Shown in pieces: positions 57,001 to 64,000 of a stretch of DNA of 64,000 bases. The stretch covers positions 231,167 to 295,166 of the forward strand of contig JBMNHG010000006.1 in assembly GCA_050950285.1 (NCBI GenBank). Direction: 5' to 3'. The DNA is from Kiritimatiellia bacterium. GTDB taxonomy: Bacteria; Verrucomicrobiota; Kiritimatiellia; RFP12; JBMNHG01. The translations under genes were made by a program, and so were the position numbers. Positions within the stretch are counted from its first letter, which is position 1, and the number at the start of each line of letters is the position of its first letter. The notes beneath the pieces are model-generated. The model was not told the origin of the DNA and ran no database searches. It saw only the letters and a program-made list of their open reading frames with translations.

Positions 57001-57791
57001 TCGCGGATGATGCAGTTGCGGATTGTCGGACTCACGCCGCCGTAGGAGATGTAGAGGCCGCCGCAGCCATCGGTGGAAAATGTCTCCCTGTCATAGTTGC
57101 GGACGATCGTGCAGTTTTCGATCGTGGAGGCGGTCGTCATGGCGATGATGCCGCCACCACCGATGTGGCCCTGCACGCCGGTGCATTCGTTCGCCGCGAC
57201 AAGACATGAACGGACCGTGCCGCCAAATACCGCGATCCCTCCGCCTGCGCCACCATTGCCACTGGCGCCACCCGCCAGGCAACGTGTCACGACGCAGCCA
57301 TCGACGAGGCCATTGTCAATCCGGATGCCTCCTCCATAGCCGTCGGCCGTAGTGCAGCCCGTGACGACGCATCGTTCGACGGTGCCATGGCCAACAAGGA
57401 TGCCGCCGCCATGTCCGCCGGCGGCGGCCCAGCCATTCGTGACGGTGAAGCCGGAGACGACCGCGCCGGCGTGATTCACGGCGAGCGCGCGGACCTGGCC
57501 CTGTCCATCGAGAATCGTCGCTCCCGCGCCTTCGACGCTGCGGAGAGTGATCGCGTCGGCGATCGAGATGGTCGAGGAAAGGCTGTAGGTGCCGTTCGTG
57601 ACGAGCACGGTATCCGCGCCGTTCGCGGCGGCATACGAGACCGCCGTCGCGACGTCGCCGCAGGCATTCGCCCAGGAATCGTAGGGCGCCGCCGGGGCGG
57701 CGGCATTCGCGCGGACATGCACGGTCGCGGCCGAAGCCGCACCTGCGGCGATCGCCATGGAAATAGAAGAAAGCAGGAACTTGAGATTCAT
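54087..57791 (-). CDS. secreted protein with three right-handed beta-helix modules and two PKD domains (paralog A)
   Basis: Signal peptide; GGG/NCTIV.N repeats; YRWDFNNDG and YYWDFDGDG PKD signatures; SPC..G...DLDGN.R...DMGCYE module ends (choice-of-anchor Q-like). Confidence 0.85.
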   Translation of the reverse strand: MNLKFLLSSISMAIAAGAASAATVHVRANAAAPAAPYDSWANACGDVATAVSYAAANGADTVLVTNGTYSLSSTISIADAITLRSVEGAGATILDGQGQVRALAVNHAGAVVSGFTVTNGWAAAGGHGGGILVGHGTVERCVVTGCTTADGYGGGIRIDNGLVDGCVVTRCLAGGASGNGGAGGGIAVFGGTVRSCLVAANECTGVQGHIGGGGIIAMTTASTIENCTIVRNYDRETFSTDGCGGLYISYGGVSPTIRNCIIRDNEAAGSNDNHDWFVYPGSTYAASFNNVPVALGTDAIPGDPLFVSAGSGCGLNADPGDCHFPFRSPCARTASLQPWMAAARDADGLPRIAPTTTHPDLGAFTVTVEDFECAFSASPGRGMVPLDVSFRSWVDVADIGHAQLTYRWDFNNDGSYESEGASSTAEWNYTVPGTFSPRLRVENAATGKWCEYVATNGVVAAPNTLYVSPDGSETPPYDTLQTATHSLSNALAAAADGMVILVDSGVYPLDATVHVSLGVTIRSLDRTNPAVLDGQGARRCMTLSHASAVLDGLVISNGYSSVEQDTGCGVQLIDGTVRDCTITSCNGVGSHGTGIYAKNGLVYRTRIVGNRTSGTYSAGGGAYIEGAATLRGCLITDNYCSGRQGHLGGGGVYLFNGGIIENCTIVGNTDVAETDNDGGGGLYFFNSSGVSYVTNSILYGNTVQNCGTGPEWYNRMGTVSAGFNCTPQALGSDCITKAPVFADAANGDYSLQPESACAFAGANLAWMEGETDIAGNPRIDALVGRADIGAYACVAEEALMCFYTASYTPRTIVPVEVSFEARCVGTATNSLAYYWDFDGDGATDLSGTDCATPKHVYTKAGVFSPVLVVTNSSPFAEAAAVVADCVTVSPAIVYVATDGAGVAPYDMPAKAASTVAAALTVAGVGSEISVAAGRYAISSPILLEEEITLRGAGAEATLLDGGNATRVLEINHANAVCEGMSLVNGRVQGGGGGGAMLYAGTLRGCIVSNCYVESAHNGSNGGGGLMFPQDSTAIAENCTIVRNTATAVGGGVYLHTTGVLRNCLIAANDCGGGEGHVGGGGVSSYYGGATLDNCTIVGNHDGGSGEGGGFYHFFNNSTLANCLLYGNTRADAAADVYNWTGNSTGTTVDHCFVGTGYGDALSGDPLLADVGGTPGLNYNFADCRPVRSSPCVNSGTLLSWMDGATDLDGNKRVVGRPDMGCYEFHAFGTVFLLR

Positions 57792-57860
57792 CGTTGTCAC
57801 CTCGATTGGGAAAGCGAGCATATCATTCTTCGCCGATGCATGTACATCTTTTACGACCAC

Positions 57861-58979
57861 TTAAACCGACTGCAAACCAAGGTCGCGGCGGACCGTTTCA
57901 CAGATCGTGTTCGTTTGAGCGGCATTGGGCGGGTTCAGCACATGCTCGGCGAAGAAGCCGCAAAGATGCTCCTCGCGGTCGACGAAGAAATACGCGCCCG
58001 CGGCACCATCCCATCCGAAGTCCTTGCGCGAGCTGTCGCCGGCGCGCGGACAGCGCACGCCGAGCCCGTAGCCATAGTCCTTGTTCCAATAGGCGGCGCG
58101 CTGCGGCCCGGCGAGCTGGTCCGTCGCCATCTCGCGAATCGTCTCGCGCGAAAGGATGTCCTCGCTTTCGCAAAGCGCGATCGCGAAGCGCATCATGTCG
58201 TCGACGGTCGTCGCGCATCCACCGCCCCCGCTCGCATGGAGCGCGCCGATGCGGCACGAATGGCGCGAGATGTCGTGGTTCATGTGCGCCTTGCCCACGC
58301 GGACGATGCCGGGCGTGTAGTACGAGACTGCGTACTGCGCCGCAAGGCTGTTGAACTCGGACATCGGGAGAAGGTAGGTCGTGTGCTCCATGCCGAGCGG
58401 ACGGCAGATGGTCTTCCGCACGTAGTCGTCGAACGGCATTCCGGAAACGACTTCCACGAGCGCGGCGAGCACGTCGTGCCCGAGGCCATACTGCCAGTTC
58501 GTACCCGGCTCGAAGGAAAGCGGCTCGCGCGCGAGGTAGCGCGCCACTTCGCGCGTGGGGCACGCGCCATCCGTGTCGTCGAAGCACTGGGCCATGCCGG
58601 GCGACTGCGTGTCGTAGGTGAACCCCGCGGTCATCGTGAAGAGGTGGCGGATCGTGATGCGGTTTTGCGCGGGGACGAGTTTGCCGTCGCGCAGCACGTT
58701 CATCGAGGCGTACTCGGGCAGGTAGTCGGCAAGCGGATCGTCGAGCCTGAACGCGCCGGACTGCCGCAGCGCAAGCGCGGCGGCACATGTCAAAGGCTTC
58801 GAGCAGGAGTAGACGTTGTAGCGCTCCCTGCCGTTCATCGGCGTGCCGGCCTCGCGGTCGGACAGGCCGTCGAAGCGGCGATAGACGACTTCCCCGTCGC
58901 GCGCGATGGCGCAATCGAAGCCCGGGATCCCCATCGGGACGAACGAATCGAGAAGGGCATCCAGTTGGTGCAGTTCCAT
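57861..58979 (-). CDS. serine hydrolase, beta-lactamase/esterase family
   Basis: YSCSK (SxxK), ITIRHLFTMTAG, FEPG..WQY, YGLG, FGWDGAAG; no signal peptide. Confidence 0.88.
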   Translation of the reverse strand: MELHQLDALLDSFVPMGIPGFDCAIARDGEVVYRRFDGLSDREAGTPMNGRERYNVYSCSKPLTCAAALALRQSGAFRLDDPLADYLPEYASMNVLRDGKLVPAQNRITIRHLFTMTAGFTYDTQSPGMAQCFDDTDGACPTREVARYLAREPLSFEPGTNWQYGLGHDVLAALVEVVSGMPFDDYVRKTICRPLGMEHTTYLLPMSEFNSLAAQYAVSYYTPGIVRVGKAHMNHDISRHSCRIGALHASGGGGCATTVDDMMRFAIALCESEDILSRETIREMATDQLAGPQRAAYWNKDYGYGLGVRCPRAGDSSRKDFGWDGAAGAYFFVDREEHLCGFFAEHVLNPPNAAQTNTICETVRRDLGLQSV

Positions 58980-59041
58980 GGTGTTTCTCCTTCTCCCCCG
59001 TTCCCCGGGGGACATGAAGCGGACCCGTCCATCGTCCTTGG

Positions 59042-62000
59042 CTACCGCAGCAGAAGGAGGGTGCCGACGGCGGGAAGCTCGTAGCAGCCCATGTCGGGGG
59101 TTCCGACGGCGCGCGGGTTGCCGTCGAGGTCCGTCGCGCCGTCCATCCACGAAAGCGGCGTGCCGGAATTCACGCAGGGAGAGGATGGGGAGGGGCGGCA
59201 GTCGGCGAAGTCGTAGTCCAAGCCGGGAATGCCGCCGACATTCCGCAGGAGCGGGTCGCCCGAAAGCGCGTCGCCATAGCCCGTGCCGACGAAGCAGTGG
59301 CCCACGACCGAGTCGTGGCCGTTGTTCCATTGGAAGAGATCGGCCGCGCCGTCGGCCCGCGTGTTGCCGTAGAGGATGCAGTTCGTGAGGGTCGGGCGGC
59401 CCTGGAAGAGGTAGAAGCCGCCCCCCTCGCCGGAACCGCCATCGTGGTTGCCGACGATCATGCAGTTCTCGAGGGTGGCGCCGAAGAGGGCAAGCACCCC
59501 GCCACCGCCCACATGGCCTTGGCCGCCACCGCAGTCGTTGGCGGCGACCAGGCAGTTGCGCAAGGTGCCGGTGTTGATGATTTCGACACCGCCGCCAATG
59601 GCGGTCGACGTGTTCCGGACGATCGTGCAGTTCTCGGCGATCGCCGTGCTGCCGTCCGGGAACATCAGGCCGCCGCCGCCTTCTCCGCCGCCGCCGCCGT
59701 CGGTGCATTCGGCATAGCCGTTGGAGACGATGCAATCGCGGAGCGTGCCGGCATGGAGGATCGCGCCCGCGCCGCCGCCGCGCACGCGGCCGTTGACGAG
59801 CGACACGCCTTCGCAGATGGCGTCGGCATCCCTGATCTCCAGCACGCGGGTCGCGTTGCCGCCGTCGATGGCCGTGGCATTCCTGCCGGCGCCGCGCAGG
59901 GTGATGGCCTTGTCGAGGAGGATGGGCAACGAGATTTCGTAGCGCCCGGCGGCCACGGAGACTTCGGTGCCGGCACCCGCGACCGCCAATGCCGCGGCAA
60001 TGGTGGTGGCGGCCTTTGCGGGCGTGTCGTACGGCGAGATGTCCGTGCCGTCCGGCGAGACATAGGCGATGGCGGGCGACGCGATGACGCAGTCGGGCGA
60101 AATCGCCGCGGCCTCGGCGAAGGGCGAGGCGTTCGTGACCACGAGCACCGGCGAGAAGACGCCCGCAGTGGTGTAGGTGAATGTCGTGGAGGCGCAGTCC
60201 GTGCCGGACCGGTCGGTCGCGCCATCGCCGTCGAAGTCCCAGTAGTAGGTGGGGGAGTTGGTTGCCGTGCCGAAGGTTTTTGCCGCGAATGAAACCACGA
60301 GGGGCACGGCGCGAGGCGTGTAGCCGACCGTGTAGGAACACGCGAGCGCCCCGGCGATGCTGGCGTAAGCGCCGATGTCGGTGCGTCCCGCGATGGCGTC
60401 GATGCGGGGGTTGCCGGCGATGTCGGCCTCGCCTTCCATCCATGCAAGGTTTTCGCCGGAGAAGGCGCAGGGCGATGCGGACTGGAGCGAGTAGTCGCCG
60501 GCCGCGGCGTCGGTGAAGAGCGGGGCCTGCGTGATGCAGTCGTCGCCCAGGGCGGGCGACGTGCAGTTGAAGCCTGCCGAGACATTCGCGTTCGCGCGCT
60601 GGTACCATTCGGGGCCCGCCGCGCAATTGGGGACGAAGTTGCCGTAGACGATCGAGTTCGTCACGCAGGAGACGGACGCATTGCCGTTGTTGTAGAAATA
60701 GAGGCCGCCGCCGCCGTCCGCCTCGACGGTTCCGGCATCGACGTTGCCGACGATCGTGCAGTTCTCGATGATGCCGCCATCGGCAAGGAAGACGCCGCCG
60801 CCGCCGAGGTGCGCCTGCGTGCCGGCGCAGTAGTTGCCGGCGACGAGGCATCCGCGCAGGGTCGCCGTGCCTTCGATGAACGCGCCGCCGCCTGCAGCGT
60901 ACGTGCCGGTCGAACGGTTGCCGGTGATCTGGGTCCGGTAGACGAGGCCGTCCCGGACGTAGATGCCGGTGCCCCATGTGCCGATTCCATTGCACGCCGT
61001 GACGGTGCAGTCGCGCACGGTACCGCCGAAGAGCTGGACGCCGCAACCCGTGCTCCTCTCGAGCGCAGAGTAGCCATTCGAGATGACGAGCCCGTCGAGC
61101 ACGGCCGAGTCGTGCGACAGGGATACGCAGCGGCGGACGCCTTGTCCGTCGAGCACGGCGGGATGCGCCTTGTCGATGCTGCGGATGGTCACGCCGATCG
61201 AGACATCGAGCGTCGCGTCGAGCGGGTACACCCCGGAGTCCACGAGGATGGTCATGCCGTCCGCCGCCGCCGCGACGGCGGTCGAAAGCGACGGGGTCGC
61301 GGTAGCGAGCGTGTCGTACGGCGGCGTGCCCGAACCGTCCGGCGAGACATAGAGCGTGTCGGGCGCGACGACGACGGCGTCGGTGGCGACGCTCTCGCCG
61401 GATGCGCCGTTCGTCGCGTTCTCGACGCGCAGGCGCGGCGAAAAGGTGCCGGCGCTCGCATAGGTCCAGGACGCGGAGGAAGATGCTCCTTCGGAATCGT
61501 AGGCGCCATCGTTGTCGAAGTCCCAGCGATAGGTCAGCTGCGCATGTTCGAGGTCGGTTCCCTCGACCCGCGATGCGAACGAGACCGCGAGCGGGACCAT
61601 GCCACGCGCGGGAGAGGCGGAGAATGCGCACCCGAGGTCGCCGATATCGACCGTGAAGGCGCCGAGGTCGGGGCTGGAGGTCGTCGGCGCGATTCGCGCC
61701 AGGCCGTCCGCGTCGCGCGCCGTGGCCATCCACGGCTGGAGCGAAGCGGTACGGGCGCACGGGGAACGAAGCGGGAGATGGCAGTCGCCGGGAACGGCGG
61801 CAATGCCGGATCCCGAGCCTGGCGAAAGGAAAAGCGGATCGCCGGGAATGGCATCGGAGCCGAGCGCGACCGGGGCGTTGTTGAACGACGCCCTGTACGT
61901 GCTGCCTTGTCCGGGATAGAGGTACCAGTCGTGGTTGAGGTTGACGCCCAGGGCGGCGTTGTCGCGGATGATGCAGTTGCGGATGACGGGATTCGCCCTG

Positions 62001-62755
62001 TCACAGCCGATGAAGAGGCCGCCGCAACCATCGTTGGAGGCATTCTCCAGGTCAAGGTTGCGGACGATCGTGCAGTTCTCGATCGTGGGGGTGTACATGG
62101 CGAAGATGCCGCCGCCCCCGATGTGCCCTTGCACGCCGGTGCATTCGTTCGCCGCCACGAGGCACGAGCGGACGGCTCCCCCGTAGGCCGCGATGCCGCC
62201 GCCCGCGCCACTTCCGCCATTGCCGCCAAGGGCCCGGCATCGGACCACGATGCATCCGTCGACGAGGCCGTTGCCGATGAAGATGCCGCCGCCGAAGCCT
62301 TCGGCCGCCGTGCAGGCGGTGACGATGCACCGCTCGACGATGCCATCGTCCAGGCGCACGCCGCCGCCGTGGTCGCCGGCGGCGACCCAGCCATTCGTGA
62401 CGGTGAAGCCGGAGACGACCGCGTCGGGGTGGCTCACGGCGAGCACGCGGACCTGGCCTTGTCCATCGAGAATCGTCGCTCCCGCGCCTTCGACGCTGCG
62501 GAGCGCGATCGCGTCGGCGATCGAGATGGTCGAGGAAAGGCTGTAGGTGCCGTTCGTGACGAGCACGGTATCCGCGCCGTTCGCGGCGGCATACGAGACC
62601 GCCGTCGCGACGTCGCCGCAGGCGTTCGCCCAGGAATCGTAGGGCGCCGCCGGAGCGGCGGCATTCGCGCGGACGTGCACGGTCGCGGCCAACGCCACGC
62701 CTGTGCCCGACAGGAACACCATGGAAAGAACAAGCGCTTTGACTCTGCTGATCAT
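59042..62755 (-). CDS. secreted beta-helix/PKD protein (paralog B)
   Basis: Collinear with 54087-57791 along its whole length; ends GCYELPAVGTLLLLR. Confidence 0.85.
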   Translation of the reverse strand: MISRVKALVLSMVFLSGTGVALAATVHVRANAAAPAAPYDSWANACGDVATAVSYAAANGADTVLVTNGTYSLSSTISIADAIALRSVEGAGATILDGQGQVRVLAVSHPDAVVSGFTVTNGWVAAGDHGGGVRLDDGIVERCIVTACTAAEGFGGGIFIGNGLVDGCIVVRCRALGGNGGSGAGGGIAAYGGAVRSCLVAANECTGVQGHIGGGGIFAMYTPTIENCTIVRNLDLENASNDGCGGLFIGCDRANPVIRNCIIRDNAALGVNLNHDWYLYPGQGSTYRASFNNAPVALGSDAIPGDPLFLSPGSGSGIAAVPGDCHLPLRSPCARTASLQPWMATARDADGLARIAPTTSSPDLGAFTVDIGDLGCAFSASPARGMVPLAVSFASRVEGTDLEHAQLTYRWDFDNDGAYDSEGASSSASWTYASAGTFSPRLRVENATNGASGESVATDAVVVAPDTLYVSPDGSGTPPYDTLATATPSLSTAVAAAADGMTILVDSGVYPLDATLDVSIGVTIRSIDKAHPAVLDGQGVRRCVSLSHDSAVLDGLVISNGYSALERSTGCGVQLFGGTVRDCTVTACNGIGTWGTGIYVRDGLVYRTQITGNRSTGTYAAGGGAFIEGTATLRGCLVAGNYCAGTQAHLGGGGVFLADGGIIENCTIVGNVDAGTVEADGGGGLYFYNNGNASVSCVTNSIVYGNFVPNCAAGPEWYQRANANVSAGFNCTSPALGDDCITQAPLFTDAAAGDYSLQSASPCAFSGENLAWMEGEADIAGNPRIDAIAGRTDIGAYASIAGALACSYTVGYTPRAVPLVVSFAAKTFGTATNSPTYYWDFDGDGATDRSGTDCASTTFTYTTAGVFSPVLVVTNASPFAEAAAISPDCVIASPAIAYVSPDGTDISPYDTPAKAATTIAAALAVAGAGTEVSVAAGRYEISLPILLDKAITLRGAGRNATAIDGGNATRVLEIRDADAICEGVSLVNGRVRGGGAGAILHAGTLRDCIVSNGYAECTDGGGGGEGGGGLMFPDGSTAIAENCTIVRNTSTAIGGGVEIINTGTLRNCLVAANDCGGGQGHVGGGGVLALFGATLENCMIVGNHDGGSGEGGGFYLFQGRPTLTNCILYGNTRADGAADLFQWNNGHDSVVGHCFVGTGYGDALSGDPLLRNVGGIPGLDYDFADCRPSPSSPCVNSGTPLSWMDGATDLDGNPRAVGTPDMGCYELPAVGTLLLLR

Positions 62756-62878
62756 GGGGACCTCACGTTGGTTCCCCCATTATGGCACAGGTGCAAGCCG
62801 TTGTAAATTGCCGCCAATCGAGGCGCGGGCGCGCGTGGCACGGGGTGCGGTTGCGACGCGTCGAAATTCCGCATCCGC

Positions 62879-64000
<1,122 letters not shown>

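Noticed and set aside
57861..58979. Clinically relevant beta-lactamase
   Set aside because: No signal peptide, and YxN/KTG motifs are replaced (YGL, WDG); more like a family VIII esterase-type serine hydrolase.
54087..62755. Possible diversity-generating retroelement (TR/VR pair)
   Set aside because: Mismatches are not adenine-specific, the repeat covers whole genes, and there is no reverse transcriptase in the window.

Overview
High-GC bacterial chromosome segment. Gene content and protein styles suggest the PVC superphylum, possibly Kiritimatiellota or Lentisphaerota (inference only). Housekeeping genes: pta (partial), hisA, type-2 ileS, parB, argC, nadB, an RlmD-type methyltransferase, dprA, queA, PTS enzyme I, pilB-pilT-pilB, gatCAB and gap (partial). 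Accessory content: (i) a DNA methyltransferase left orphaned behind a 50-codon remnant of a PaeR7I/XhoI-like restriction endonuclease; (ii) a surface-glycosylation block (GT2-GT2, Wzx-like flippase, YfhO-like GT-C, GT4) containing an unusual CBM9-like domain fused to a DMT transporter; (iii) a ~2.6 kb mosaic (33.56-36.18 kb) that splits a uvrD/pcrA gene and carries Mu-like phage relics. These are a MuF-like fragment ending in an intact JAB/JAMM domain plus a coupled small gene, a second divergent relic of the same two-gene cassette, and a gpG tail, together with an IS4 remnant, a Sel1 gene, REP-like hairpins and several heptamer repeats; (iv) a ~1950 aa secreted multidomain putative glycoside hydrolase next to a clan GH-A enzyme; (v) two ~1235 aa beta-helix/PKD surface-protein paralogs that flank a serine hydrolase and end in a shared GTxxLLR-COOH motif. 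No rRNA, tRNA or CRISPR array was recognised. All family assignments come from motif recognition by eye, not database searches.
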